From: an uncultured Planctomycetia bacterium | Lineage (GTDB): Bacteria; Omnitrophota; Gorgyraeia; 1-14-0-20-64-10 | Direction: 5' to 3' | Length of the DNA stretch: 64,000 nucleotides | Assembly: GCA_964603095.1 (NCBI GenBank) | Contig: CAZRTR010000001.1 | Span: forward strand, 8,723 to 72,722 | Part shown: positions 50,086 to 60,386 of the stretch, one piece after another | Layout: each line of letters opens with the position of its first letter | Position numbering within the stretch: the first letter of the stretch is position 1 | Made by a program: the position numbers and the translations under genes | Notes under the pieces: generated by a model | Seen by the model: the letters and a program-made list of their open reading frames with translations, nothing else | What the model was told of the DNA's origin: nothing | Database searches by the model: none

Positions 50086-51074
50086 CCCGCCCTTCTCGCC
50101 AGGGCCACCAGGTTGGGCGCCAGATGCCCTATGGATCCCCCCCGAAGAAGTTGCTCCAGCCGGGAGAGACGGTGGAAGAGGGAACGCCCCAGATGCCGTT
50201 TCCAATCCAGAATCCAGGGACTGGGATACTGGTAGTAATGGCCGACGTACAGGTGCCACACAGGGGTCTGGACCGGACTGGCGATGGACATCTGGAACAC
50301 CTTCAGCCCCGCCTGCCCCAGCATCCGGTTCAAGGTTTGATCCGTGTAGTGGACCACGTGCTCATAGGAGTCCCAGATTCCCTGCTGGGGGCGGCGTCCC
50401 ATCCGCAGGAGCATCTCCTGCTTGAACCGACTCCAGCGCCCGTTGGGGACCTTGATGTAGACGATCCCGTCTTTGGCCAGGAAGCGGACGACGTCACCCA
50501 GAAACTCCTTTGGGTTCGGAACGTGTTCGAGGACGTCGCTTAGGGCGATGACGTCGAAGGAGCCCTCTTCGTTCTTCGGAAGCTCGCGGAGAAAACAGTT
50601 GTACACCTGGAAACCCCAATGCTGGGCGGCTAGCTGTGACACGGAGGGGGAGGGCTCCACTCCCACCGCCGTCCAGCCCATCCGCTGGGCCCATCGCAGC
50701 AGCATCCCCAGGTTGCAGCCGACATCCAGAAACCTTCCCTCGGGCTTGTGCCGTCGGATCAAGTGCAGCTCCTCCCGATAGTTGGGGTCCCGGTGATGAG
50801 GGGCCTTCCCCTCGAAGATCAGCCGCGCCTCATCGAAATAGGCGTCCCGGTCTCCCCAGTAGATCTTCTCGGGAGCCCGGATTCGTGGGCAGGTATAGAC
50901 GAGGGAACAGGAGAGGCACTGGGAGATGCCGATCGATCCGTGCTCGGTGTAGATCCGCTGGCGCCGGTTGCTGCCGCACAGGGGGCACGGAACCGTGACG
51001 ACCTCCTCTGGAGAGTATTCGTCCTTCTGGGTTCCTCCTCGGATGTAGGACTGGGATTCTTCAATGAGAGCCAT
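50082..51074 (-). CDS. class I SAM-dependent methyltransferase with an N-terminal zinc ribbon
   Basis: CPLCGS...CLSC zinc ribbon, then LDVGCNLGML motif I, DVIALSDVLEH. Confidence 0.75.
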   Translation of the reverse strand: MALIEESQSYIRGGTQKDEYSPEEVVTVPCPLCGSNRRQRIYTEHGSIGISQCLSCSLVYTCPRIRAPEKIYWGDRDAYFDEARLIFEGKAPHHRDPNYREELHLIRRHKPEGRFLDVGCNLGMLLRWAQRMGWTAVGVEPSPSVSQLAAQHWGFQVYNCFLRELPKNEEGSFDVIALSDVLEHVPNPKEFLGDVVRFLAKDGIVYIKVPNGRWSRFKQEMLLRMGRRPQQGIWDSYEHVVHYTDQTLNRMLGQAGLKVFQMSIASPVQTPVWHLYVGHYYQYPSPWILDWKRHLGRSLFHRLSRLEQLLRGGSIGHLAPNLVALARRAG

Positions 51075-52167
51075 TTTTCCCCCCCTGCGTTTCCATCAGA
51101 TCAACGACGGCTTCCCACACCTCCTCCACGGACAACTCCCGGAGACATCCATTCTCCCATGGACAGGGGGGAAACCGGAAGCCCCGATAACAGGGCCGAC
51201 AGGCGAGGCCCTTCGAGACGACCCGATGGGAGCCGTAAGATTCCCTAGCCGGGAAGGGTCCGTACACCGATCCGTCCACCGGGCCGAACAGTGAAACCGT
51301 CTTTGTCCCCATCGATGCGGCCAGGTGCATCGGGCCGCTGTCGTTGCCAAGGACCATCTCGGATCGTTTCAGGAGGGCCGCGAGGAGAAGCAGGGACGGG
51401 ACCCCGGTGGCCAGAAGGGCTTTGCGCCTCATCCCGGAGGCGACGTTCCGACAAAGGGCTGCCTCGGAGGCGTCGCCGATCAGAACGATTTTTGCCTCAT
51501 ACCGCTGACCGATTCGGTCGGCGATCCGGGAGAAATGGGGGGGCGGCCATTGTTTGAAGGACGCCTGGCGCCCCCAGCTGGCTCCTCCCCCCGGGACCAC
51601 CCCGACCCACCGATCGCCTCCGGAGGATCCGATCGATTCCAGATATCGATCCGCCTCCGATTCGATCGATTTCGGCAGCGGAAAGGAGCGCTGGATTCGC
51701 CGGGGAAGAAGAAATCCGAGCAGGGGCAACAGGTCCAGGAAATACTCTGCGACCGGCCGGTCCTGAAACCCTTGGATGACGAGCCGTCGCGTCAGAAACC
51801 TGCCCCGCTGCCGGAAATCAAATCCGACCCTTTCGGGTATGCCCGCCAGGAGCCCTCCCAGTCCAACATGCCAGCCGAGGGACAAATCGATCAAGGCGTC
51901 AAAACGTCGGCTTTGGATATCACGCAGAAGTCGGCTTAACAGACCAAGCCCCCGCCGTTTGGATCGGCCCCATTGAGCCCGAAATTCGTCCTTTTCGAAA
52001 ACGGTTGTCCAATCCAGGAGAGGCCAGGACTCCACCATCTCCTGAGTCCTGCGATTGCACAGATATCCCAGGAATCCGTTGGGTTCCTGTTCTCTCAAGG
52101 CGTGGAGCAGAGGGAGGGAAAATAAGACATCTCCTATTCCAAAGGGATTGGCGATCAGGATCCGCAT
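51061..52167 (-). CDS. ADP-heptose:LPS heptosyltransferase (GT9)
   Basis: MRILIANPFGIGDVLFSLPLL..., GT9 fold, C-terminal GNDSGPMHLAA. Confidence 0.8.
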   Translation of the reverse strand: MRILIANPFGIGDVLFSLPLLHALREQEPNGFLGYLCNRRTQEMVESWPLLDWTTVFEKDEFRAQWGRSKRRGLGLLSRLLRDIQSRRFDALIDLSLGWHVGLGGLLAGIPERVGFDFRQRGRFLTRRLVIQGFQDRPVAEYFLDLLPLLGFLLPRRIQRSFPLPKSIESEADRYLESIGSSGGDRWVGVVPGGGASWGRQASFKQWPPPHFSRIADRIGQRYEAKIVLIGDASEAALCRNVASGMRRKALLATGVPSLLLLAALLKRSEMVLGNDSGPMHLAASMGTKTVSLFGPVDGSVYGPFPARESYGSHRVVSKGLACRPCYRGFRFPPCPWENGCLRELSVEEVWEAVVDLMETQGGKNGSH

Positions 52168-52180
52168 CAGGGGCTACGCC

Positions 52181-53161
52181 TTAAGGGCCATGGGGAGCGG
52201 AAAGGCGCACGGAAGCGACCACCTCCTCCACCGTGGGGGAGAGGAGCAGACGATGCCCTTCTCCGAGGGGACGCCAGCGTTGAAGGAGATCTCCATGTTC
52301 CTTAGGAGCGACCACCACGGTGGGGATTCCCACGGCGGAGGCCACATGGACGGGGCCGCTGTCGTTTGAAACGAGCAACGCGCACCGGCTCAGAAGAGCC
52401 GGCAGGTGTTGCAGGGGAACCTGGCCGACCAGACTGGTGACGCCCGGAGGCAAGCCGTGGTTCCACTCGTCCTGTGCGGGAGAGCCACCCGGCTCCCCGA
52501 TCACCACCAGTCGATATCCTTCGCCTGACAAGCGACGGGCCAACTCCTGGAAGTTTTGATGCGGCCATCCCTTAGCTCGGTTGCTGGTCCAAGGATGAAG
52601 GGCGATGGGCCGAATCTTGGTCGGATGGATGCCACCCGCGCTGAGGAGTCGGTCGGCCTCCTGCTCCGAGGCGGGACGCCGAGGAAGCCGCAAGACCGGG
52701 GTTGACGGTGGAATGCCCAGCAGGCCGCCCAATTCCAGGTTGTACTCGGCCTCGTGCCCTGTGCGGGCCGACTTGGTGTCCGGAAGGGTGGTCGTCAGCA
52801 GCCAAGGGAGTTTCCTTCGATAACCGATTCGGACCGGAATTCCCGCCAGGAAGGTGGCGGCGTGAAAAAGCTTCGTTGGGTTGAACACGACCGCGACATC
52901 GAAGCCTTCTTTCCGAAGCCGCCATCCCCAGCGGCTTATGGCGATCCAGCCGGTTCCGTCTCTCGGATTCCAGGGAAGGGTTCGATCGACATCGGGGTGG
53001 CCTTGAATCAAGGGCTCCAGCTCCTGGCGAAGCATGAGGGTCACCTCCGACGCCGGGAAGTTTTGCCGGATGGCCCGAACCGCCGGGAGGGTGAGCAGAA
53101 GGTCGCCCATCCGGTCGGTCCGAATAAGGAGCATCTTTTTGAAAGCGGCTCTTTTCTCCAT
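52181..53161 (-). CDS. ADP-heptose:LPS heptosyltransferase (GT9), second copy
   Basis: LLIRTDRMGDLLLTLPAV..., SNDSGPVHVASAVG. Confidence 0.8.
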   Translation of the reverse strand: MEKRAAFKKMLLIRTDRMGDLLLTLPAVRAIRQNFPASEVTLMLRQELEPLIQGHPDVDRTLPWNPRDGTGWIAISRWGWRLRKEGFDVAVVFNPTKLFHAATFLAGIPVRIGYRRKLPWLLTTTLPDTKSARTGHEAEYNLELGGLLGIPPSTPVLRLPRRPASEQEADRLLSAGGIHPTKIRPIALHPWTSNRAKGWPHQNFQELARRLSGEGYRLVVIGEPGGSPAQDEWNHGLPPGVTSLVGQVPLQHLPALLSRCALLVSNDSGPVHVASAVGIPTVVVAPKEHGDLLQRWRPLGEGHRLLLSPTVEEVVASVRLSAPHGP

Positions 53162-53175
53162 GAAAGAGGAATTCG

Positions 53176-54480
53176 TTAGGCCCTTGGGGAAAGGACCTGT
53201 TGGTTAAGAGCCGGGTTCACGGGAATCACGGGAACCGATGGCTCTGGAACGGCCTCGCGGCGGATCAGGAGCTGGGAGCTCAGCCCCGTCGCCAGACCGG
53301 CGAGAGACCAAAACAGGGTGGCCTGGCGCAGGGCGTAAAGATTGGTGTCAAACAGGGATTGCACCAGGAAGGCCAGCAGGCCGGCCGCCAAGCCCAGCAG
53401 AACCACCCGCAATCCGGCCGGATCCTCCTCTGGGGAGGTGTCCGGTTTCCGGAGGGCCATTCTCCAGGTGGCGAAGAGTGCCCCAAGAAACAGGAGGAAG
53501 GTAACCAGCCCCGGGATTCCCGTCTCGGCGGCGATCTGGAGGAAGCAGTTGTGGGCGTAGGCCGGCCCGTTGTTGGGGCCGATGGCGTAGTCAATAAAAT
53601 TGGCCATGAAGGTATTGAGCCCCTGCCCCAGGAACGGCCTGGCCTCAATCATCTTCCAGGCGGTTCCCCACATGACGGTTCTGTCCCTTAAGCCCACGTC
53701 CGAAAAGGTCAACATGTCAAACAGTTGGTTCCGTCGGAAGAAGAGGAACGCCAACCCGGTCCCCAGCAGAAGACCCGCTCCCATCCGAATCTTCTTTCGC
53801 CCGGAGAAAAATAAGAGAAACAGCAGGCCGGTCCACAAACCGATGAGGGCTCCGCGAGACAGCGTCCAGGCGATGCAGCCCAGCAGCAGGAGCGTCGAGG
53901 TCCAGAGCCGGAGGCGATCTTGCGCCGGCCGGTTCAAGACCTGAGCGATGACCACCAGCACCACCACCATCAGAAAGGTGGCCAGGTCGTTGGGGTTCTC
54001 ATAAGGCCCCACCATCCGGGAATACTCCAGCCGTCTCCCGCGAATCCAATCGGTTCCTGTCCACTGCTGGAGGATGGCGTACAATCCCACCAGCCAACCG
54101 GCCAGCATCAGGGCGCGAAAGCCCTGGCGTCCGGCCAGAGGATGATCCGAGGCATCCACGAAAATGACAAACAGGAGGGCGTACTCCGACGTCTTGCGGA
54201 TGAGGCCCTGCAGACTTAAGGAGGGATGAGTGCTTGAGAAAATCGATGTTGCGCAAATTCCATAGTAGGCCAGGAGGGCATAGAAAGCGAACTGGAGCAG
54301 ACGCGGCGTCTTGCTCGGGGTGGGGCCCCGGCTGGGAGAATGCCACCCCCTCCACCAGGTGAGGAGCATGAGGGGGAAAAGGATCTCAATAGCCGCCTTG
54401 GAAAATGGGATGGCGAATAGCAACCCGGTGGCCAGCATTCGAGTCAACCGGCGCGCGCCCTGCGTGCGCGGATCCGTCAT
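53176..54480 (-). CDS. O-antigen ligase (WaaL/Wzy_C) family membrane protein
   Basis: About 12 TM helices with a large periplasmic loop; the Wzy_C-like region is near HNCFLQIAAETGIPG. Confidence 0.7.
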   Translation of the reverse strand: MTDPRTQGARRLTRMLATGLLFAIPFSKAAIEILFPLMLLTWWRGWHSPSRGPTPSKTPRLLQFAFYALLAYYGICATSIFSSTHPSLSLQGLIRKTSEYALLFVIFVDASDHPLAGRQGFRALMLAGWLVGLYAILQQWTGTDWIRGRRLEYSRMVGPYENPNDLATFLMVVVLVVIAQVLNRPAQDRLRLWTSTLLLLGCIAWTLSRGALIGLWTGLLFLLFFSGRKKIRMGAGLLLGTGLAFLFFRRNQLFDMLTFSDVGLRDRTVMWGTAWKMIEARPFLGQGLNTFMANFIDYAIGPNNGPAYAHNCFLQIAAETGIPGLVTFLLFLGALFATWRMALRKPDTSPEEDPAGLRVVLLGLAAGLLAFLVQSLFDTNLYALRQATLFWSLAGLATGLSSQLLIRREAVPEPSVPVIPVNPALNQQVLSPRA

Positions 54481-56288
54481 CGTTCCGCGGCTGCGGTCGA
54501 TTCGTCGACACCGGCGGAGGTGACCACCCTCCAGTTCAGCCCGTTCTCCTCGCAATAGCTGCGGATCTGCTGGACAAGATCCGGGGGGGGGCGGCGCATG
54601 GCGACCAGGATTTCCCCCACCGCCAGCTCCTTCACCACCTTTCCCAGATTGTGTCGGGACCCCAGGATCGGGATTCCATGGATGCGGGCTCCGTGCTTGG
54701 TCGCGTCATCATCGAGAAAGCCGATGATCCGGCGCGTCCCAAGACTCTCCATGCTTAGCTGTTGCAGCAACAACTCTCCCGTATCCCCTGCCCCGAAGAT
54801 GAGAACGCGGGTGGCCCCTCTCAGGGAGACGGAGGATCGGATCCATTCGTTCAGCAACGGCTCGATGAGTCGAGCCCCACTGACCGACACGAACAGCAGC
54901 AATCCATCGATGACAAAAACGGCGCGGGAGTAGCCCTCAAATCGCCACAGATAAAGGACGACCAGCGAAGAAAGGACGGATCCAGTGATCACAGCACGAA
55001 GGATGTTCACCAGGTCCGGAAGGCTGATGTACCGCCAGACTCCCCGGTACAGCCCGCAGGAAAAGAAGCAGGCGATCTTCACCAGGATGATCCAGGGCAG
55101 CGACTGCAGGATCAATCCTTCGAGATCGGAGCTCAGATTCCCCTCGAACCGAAGGGCATGGGCGATGATATAGGAGGCCCAGATCAGGGCAAAATCCACA
55201 CAGACTTCGACCAGCCGACGTTTATGCAGCAGCATCGTTTCAATGAGGGTGACGCGCGACCCCATGGTTGAGGCCTCCACCCGGGTGTAAACACGGACCT
55301 TCGCCAGATAGGCCCCCACACCCAGAAGCAAGCCGATGACCAGCAGGGAGATTCCGGCGACCGCCATGATGTTCTGCCTGGAGACGAGCACGCTCACGAC
55401 TCCGAAGGCGGCGCTTAAGCCGTACAGGGTGAAGACGACCTGCCGAGGGGTCAGCCCCAGGATGACCAGGCGATGGGACAGATGGTCCGTGCCCCCTTGG
55501 AAGGGGTGCCGGCCATGGGAGAGCCGCTGGATGGTGACGAAAAAGGTATCGAAGATCGGAACTGCCAGCAATAGAGTCGGCAGAGCGACGATGCCCAAGA
55601 GGCGGGTCGGCTGATGCCACGTTCCCAGCAGGGCCAATGCCCCCAGCCCCAGTCCGAGCACCTGGCTTCCGGTGTCTCCCAGGAAGATCTTGGCCGGCGG
55701 GAGGTTGTAGTGGAGGAATCCCAATGTGGCCCCGCACAAGCTGGCGGAGATCAGGGCGACGGGCCACTGGCCGGTCTGAAGGGCGTGCCAGGCGCAGAAG
55801 GCGGCGGCAATCGCTCCGATTCCGCCGGAAAGGCCGTCCATATTGTCCATCAGATTGTAGGCGTTGATCACGAGGACGAGCCACCCAATCGTCAGCGGGA
55901 TGGTGATCCAGGGAATAGCCGCCATGTCCACCCGGATACCGGAGAGGACCACGAGGCACCCCGACAGGATCTGGGCGATCAGCTTGGAGTAGGGATGGGT
56001 CCCCCTCAGATCGTCGATCAGCCCGACGAGGGCCATGAGAATCCCGGCCAGAATCAGGCCTGCCATCCGGGGGTCATGGCGGACCACCCAGCCGGCGCTC
56101 GCCAGGAAGCTCAAGACGATGGGAAGGCCTCCCAACCGAGCGACCACCCGCCTTCCCCACCGGTCTTGAGAAGGACGCGACACGCAACCGACCGAGATGG
56201 CGAAGGAGCGAACCAAAGGGGTCAGAAGAAGGACGCACAGGTAAGAGCCGACACCGAATATCGCCGCGTTGAAAAGGGGTGGGCTCAT
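54477..56288 (-). CDS. WecA/MraY-like polyprenyl-phosphate HexNAc-1-phosphate transferase fused to a PglF/WbaP-type 4TM + Rossmann-like domain
   Basis: The N-terminal roughly 330 aa fit the Glycos_transf_4 family (DDLRG, NAYNLMDNMDGL, VFLGDTGS). The C-terminal roughly 270 aa have 4 TM helices plus RVLIFGAGDTGELL...IIGFLDDD...GIPILG, resembling the N-terminal modules of WbaP/PglF/CapD. Confidence 0.7.
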   Translation of the reverse strand: MSPPLFNAAIFGVGSYLCVLLLTPLVRSFAISVGCVSRPSQDRWGRRVVARLGGLPIVLSFLASAGWVVRHDPRMAGLILAGILMALVGLIDDLRGTHPYSKLIAQILSGCLVVLSGIRVDMAAIPWITIPLTIGWLVLVINAYNLMDNMDGLSGGIGAIAAAFCAWHALQTGQWPVALISASLCGATLGFLHYNLPPAKIFLGDTGSQVLGLGLGALALLGTWHQPTRLLGIVALPTLLLAVPIFDTFFVTIQRLSHGRHPFQGGTDHLSHRLVILGLTPRQVVFTLYGLSAAFGVVSVLVSRQNIMAVAGISLLVIGLLLGVGAYLAKVRVYTRVEASTMGSRVTLIETMLLHKRRLVEVCVDFALIWASYIIAHALRFEGNLSSDLEGLILQSLPWIILVKIACFFSCGLYRGVWRYISLPDLVNILRAVITGSVLSSLVVLYLWRFEGYSRAVFVIDGLLLFVSVSGARLIEPLLNEWIRSSVSLRGATRVLIFGAGDTGELLLQQLSMESLGTRRIIGFLDDDATKHGARIHGIPILGSRHNLGKVVKELAVGEILVAMRRPPPDLVQQIRSYCEENGLNWRVVTSAGVDESTAAAER

Positions 56289-58105
56289 CCCCGGTCGTTC
56301 TGAAGCAAGAGTGTCATCCCCCGGATGGAGGAGTAGAAAAACAGCCCGAGGCCCAGCATCCCCACGATCCGGAAAGGAGCTACCGTTACCCTTCCGAAGC
56401 GCCAGAGGCCTTCCCTTTCTTCAAAGGAGAAGTAGGCGACCAGATCTTTGGCCAACGTCCCTCGGGGGTCGACGCTAAAAGACCGTTTCACCTCATGGAA
56501 CCGGTTCCCCAACCCCTGTCGATACAAATCGGTCCTCTCTTCAGGAGTCAGCGCCTTCTTCCAGATGCCCACCTCGTCCAGCCGCCCGGTCAGCCGAGTG
56601 CCGTCGATCTCCGTCGTTTCGGAGAAAGATCCAAGGGTGAACTCTGAAGTCCCATCCGCGGGAGATTTTCCTCCCGGCAGAGGGGCCGTATCGATGGGGC
56701 CGTCATTGACCTGTATGGAGAGGGTGTTGAGCCCCGCTGCGTTGGTCTGGTGCCAGGCGGCGACCCAGTACCAGTTCCGGCCGCTGACCGCCCCAAAGCG
56801 GGTGGAATAAACGCTCCAGGAATCGGAGCCGTCTCCTACGCGGAACTCAAATGTCTTCCGATTGGAATTGTAACGCAACAGATATTCGATGGCGTTGGGA
56901 AAACGGGGATCGGCCTTGGCTAACAGGGTCGATTCCCTCTCCTTCTCCAGGTAGACCCAAGCGGCCACGGTGAAATCGACGTCCCCCATGCTCAGGTCCG
57001 GGCGATCCTTGGATTTCAGAAGATGCCCCTTGTCGGCCACAAAGCGGGCGGCCGAACCGACCTTCCCGGCGGCGGTCGGCGCTCCGTGAGGATTGGACAG
57101 AGACCATCCCCAGGGTCCCGTCCGTGCCATGTTGGAAAGGTCTGGGATCTTCAAGGCGGACAGGCGCCAGGGTCCTTCGCTGAATAGCCAGCCCTTCCAA
57201 CCCCGTATGGGAGAAGGGGCCACCCAGATGACTGGAGGGAGCAGGGCCCGCCGCTCGGGCAGATCCCATCGATTGTGCCCGGAGGAGGCGACGACGGTGA
57301 TCTGCCGATCGGTAATCTCCCGGATGATGTCCGATAGAGAACGGGAAGCCCACCATCCTCCGAACGAGAGGACAACGACACCGGCTTCCTGTTCCATCGC
57401 GTAGTCCAGCGCCTCGCAGACCAAGGAGGTGGATAGCCAGGGGCCTGGGCCGACCCGCAGCGGAAGGAGAGACGGCTCCGGGTTCTCTGAGGCGCGAAGA
57501 CAGGCCAGGGCGACCTCCGTTCCGTGGGATTTGAACCATCCCTCTCCGCGGACGTCCGGGTTTCCGTCGTAAAAGTCAAAACCCCGGTGGTCGTCGATGT
57601 AACGGTTCCCGTCGTTATCCAAGCGGTCCCCAGGGACTTCGGCCATGTTCCGGATCCAGCCGTGCTCCGTCTCCGGGTGAGTCTGGTCGAATCCGGTGTC
57701 CAGGAGAGCCACCTTCTTGTTCAGACCCGCCCGGTGCCCAGCCACTGCGCCTGTCCCGGTCGTGTCCACCGTATAAGACAGGGCCTCCAGCCTGTAGTTC
57801 GGCTCCGCGTACAGAACAGAGGAGAAGGCGCCCAACCGGTCAAGAACCTTCAGCACCGGGAGCGCTTCCGGAAAGGAAAGAAGGTAGAGGCCGGGAGGGA
57901 ACAGCTCCCGCTCGAGGTGCCCGCCGACCGCCTCGGCAATCTGTTTCAATTCATACAGGGGGGCATTGGGCTGGAACTGGACCAGGACCTGTCCAGGGGG
58001 GAAATCCATCCAGCTCAACTCCTGGTCTGCGCCCGCAGTTCCGGCAGATGCAAGAAGGAGACACAGGAGTGCGCTGAATAAACCCGCGCCTTTACTCCCG
58101 TTCAT
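56285..58105 (-). CDS. subtilisin-like (S8) serine peptidase with a C-terminal LamG/ConA-like lectin domain and a TM anchor
   Basis: Signal peptide, a propeptide-like region (YAEPNY), then DTG (VALLDTGFD), HGT (KSHGTEVA), GHN and GWSLSNPHGAP (GTSxAxPH-like). A LamG domain follows (DFTVAAWVYL...GRLDEVGIWKKALTPEE), then a C-terminal hydrophobic helix. Confidence 0.7.
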   Translation of the reverse strand: MNGSKGAGLFSALLCLLLASAGTAGADQELSWMDFPPGQVLVQFQPNAPLYELKQIAEAVGGHLERELFPPGLYLLSFPEALPVLKVLDRLGAFSSVLYAEPNYRLEALSYTVDTTGTGAVAGHRAGLNKKVALLDTGFDQTHPETEHGWIRNMAEVPGDRLDNDGNRYIDDHRGFDFYDGNPDVRGEGWFKSHGTEVALACLRASENPEPSLLPLRVGPGPWLSTSLVCEALDYAMEQEAGVVVLSFGGWWASRSLSDIIREITDRQITVVASSGHNRWDLPERRALLPPVIWVAPSPIRGWKGWLFSEGPWRLSALKIPDLSNMARTGPWGWSLSNPHGAPTAAGKVGSAARFVADKGHLLKSKDRPDLSMGDVDFTVAAWVYLEKERESTLLAKADPRFPNAIEYLLRYNSNRKTFEFRVGDGSDSWSVYSTRFGAVSGRNWYWVAAWHQTNAAGLNTLSIQVNDGPIDTAPLPGGKSPADGTSEFTLGSFSETTEIDGTRLTGRLDEVGIWKKALTPEERTDLYRQGLGNRFHEVKRSFSVDPRGTLAKDLVAYFSFEEREGLWRFGRVTVAPFRIVGMLGLGLFFYSSIRGMTLLLQNDRG

Positions 58106-59144
58106 GGAGCGGCTTCGGAGAACCCAAGCGGATGGGGTCCATCTCCTTCTTGTAGTAGGCGATGACGCTTTCCAAGATGTCGCTCAGATTCATGGTCGGA
58201 GTGAAGCCGACGAAGCGCTTCGCCTTGGAGATATCCGGAACCCGCCGGGCCATATCTTCAAAACCTTCCTCATAGGCCTGATCGTAGGGAATGGTGACGA
58301 TGGATGAGCGGCTTTCCGTCCGTTGGATGACCAGTTGGGCGAGACGTTCGATGGTGACCTCCTCCTGGCTTCCGAGGTTAAACGCCTCGCCGGCTGTGCT
58401 GGGCAGTTCCATCAGTCGAACGATGGCCTCGACGGCGTCCTGGACATGAAGAAAACAACGGCTCTGTCTTCCGTCTCCGTAGACGGTCAACGGTTCCCCC
58501 CGCAGGGCTTGTTGAACGAATCGGGGGATAACCATCCCGTAGGCCCCTGTCTGACGGGGCCCGACGGTATTGAACAGCCGGACGATGACCGTCGGGATCC
58601 CTTTCTCTTTCCAGTAGGTATAGGCCAAGATTTCGTCCACCGCCTTGGAAGTCGAGTAGGCCCACCGGCTCTTTAAGGGGGATCCGAGAATTCGGTCCTC
58701 ATCCTCTCTCAGAGGGCCGTTGGCGTTCTTTCCGTAGATCTCGGAGGTGGAGGTGATCAACACCTTCTTCCGATAGCGGTACGCCATCTCCAGGACCGTC
58801 TCCGAGCCCCGAATGTTGGTCGTGAGGGACTCCAGGGGGTGCTTGACGATCAGCTCCACCCCCACGGCCGCCGCCAGGTGGAACACCCCGTCCACCCGTT
58901 CCACGAGCTTGTCCACCAAGGTTTCGTTGAGGATGGATCCGGTCACCAGATGGAAGGAGGGGTTTTCTTGCAGGTGGGCGACGTTCTCCAGGCGGCCCGT
59001 GGAAAAATTGTCCAGCGCCGTCACGTCGTCTCCTTGACGAAGGAGAGCTTCCGCCAGATGAGAACCGATAAAACCGGCTCCTCCCGTAACCAAGATCTTG
59101 CGGGGTGTCATCGTCACTGTTTTCTCGCGATGATTATAACTCAA
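58092..59144 (-). CDS. UDP-glucuronate decarboxylase / UDP-xylose-synthase-like SDR (ArnA C-terminal-domain-like)
   Basis: ILVTGGAGFIGSHL, ALDNFSTG, YSTSK catalytic triad region. It closely resembles the UXS/ArnA decarboxylase subfamily. The start may be an internal M at about 59111. Confidence 0.75.
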   Translation of the reverse strand: MSYNHREKTVTMTPRKILVTGGAGFIGSHLAEALLRQGDDVTALDNFSTGRLENVAHLQENPSFHLVTGSILNETLVDKLVERVDGVFHLAAAVGVELIVKHPLESLTTNIRGSETVLEMAYRYRKKVLITSTSEIYGKNANGPLREDEDRILGSPLKSRWAYSTSKAVDEILAYTYWKEKGIPTVIVRLFNTVGPRQTGAYGMVIPRFVQQALRGEPLTVYGDGRQSRCFLHVQDAVEAIVRLMELPSTAGEAFNLGSQEEVTIERLAQLVIQRTESRSSIVTIPYDQAYEEGFEDMARRVPDISKAKRFVGFTPTMNLSDILESVIAYYKKEMDPIRLGSPKPLHERE

Positions 59145-60364
59145 ACCTTCCCTTTCTCCTGCTGCAATTGTTCATAGAGTAGAGAGATATCCTTCAGGAG
59201 CCGTTGAGATGGGAACCTCTGAAGGGCATACGCTCTGGCCGATTCCCCAAGCGATTTTCGAAGCTCCGGCTGCCGGCCCAACGTCTGAAGGGCCGAGGCC
59301 AGGCCTTCCGCGTCTCCCGGGCGGACCATGACCCCGCGAGAGGTCAGCCGGAATGTCCCTGGAGAGATTTCCCGGTTTCGCTCCGAGGGTTCTTCCAGCA
59401 GATCCGGGACTCCTCCGACCTGCGTAGCAACCACCGACCTGCCTGCGGCCATCGCCTCGATCAGCGAGAGAGGGGTCCCTTCGTTCCACGAGGTGAGACA
59501 GACCAGATCCAGTTTCCCATAGATGGGGAGAAGGTCATGCTGCCAGCCGGTGAACCGAATGGAGGAGGCCAGGCCCCGCCGCATCGTCTCCCTTTCCATC
59601 TCTTGCCGAAGAGGCCCATCCCCCACCACCGTTGCCTGAAAGGAGATGGTTGGATCTCTCTGACGAAGCAGGGAGGCGGCCTCCAGGAAAAGAAGGGGAT
59701 TCTTGATCGGCGCCAGGCGCCCCACGAGCCCGCACCGTAAGCCGACAGTTCGAGGTGTTCCATTCAGCGGAAGTCGGGCGTAGCGGTCCAGGCCGAGCCC
59801 CAGAGGGATCACGCGCCACTGGTGGGGGCGTCCGATCCCCTTCCGGAGCAGGTCATCCCGAATTGCGGGACTGACGGCGATCAGACAGTCCGTGTGACGG
59901 GCCAGCCATCGTTCGATGGAAAGGAAGGTCTGTGAAGTGCAGCTGGAGAAGTAACCCTCCAGGACGTGGCCGTGGAAGGTATGGATCAGCGTTGCCCCGG
60001 CCCCTCTTCTGCGGCCGGGGCCGAAACGGTTGTACGCCAGGCCGGCCAGGCGGCCCAGAGAACCGGCCTTGGCCATGTGGGTATGAAGGATCTGGGGCCG
60101 TTCCTTCCACAGGAGTCGAAGAAGTCGAGCCAAGGAAAGGAGATCGGACACGGGCCGGAGCGATCGGCGCAACGTTTTCATCCGGACGATCCGAGGGATG
60201 GAATCCGGCAGGAGGGGACTGTAATCCCCTTCCCTTTCCTCCGGCTGGCCAAAGACCAGGCAGGTGGTGAACCGTTGAGGGTCAAGGGACGAGGAGAGAA
60301 TGGATGCATGGATCGCCGGCCCTCCGATGTTCAAACGGGTCAGGATCCGAACAATTCGTATCAC
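59141..60364 (-). CDS. GT4 glycosyltransferase
   Basis: GT-B fold with the C-terminal EX7E region (LTSWNEGTPLSLIEAMAAG). Confidence 0.8.
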   Translation of the reverse strand: MIRIVRILTRLNIGGPAIHASILSSSLDPQRFTTCLVFGQPEEREGDYSPLLPDSIPRIVRMKTLRRSLRPVSDLLSLARLLRLLWKERPQILHTHMAKAGSLGRLAGLAYNRFGPGRRRGAGATLIHTFHGHVLEGYFSSCTSQTFLSIERWLARHTDCLIAVSPAIRDDLLRKGIGRPHQWRVIPLGLGLDRYARLPLNGTPRTVGLRCGLVGRLAPIKNPLLFLEAASLLRQRDPTISFQATVVGDGPLRQEMERETMRRGLASSIRFTGWQHDLLPIYGKLDLVCLTSWNEGTPLSLIEAMAAGRSVVATQVGGVPDLLEEPSERNREISPGTFRLTSRGVMVRPGDAEGLASALQTLGRQPELRKSLGESARAYALQRFPSQRLLKDISLLYEQLQQEKGKV

Positions 60365-60386
60365 GGGCGGGAACCGGCTCAGGGGC

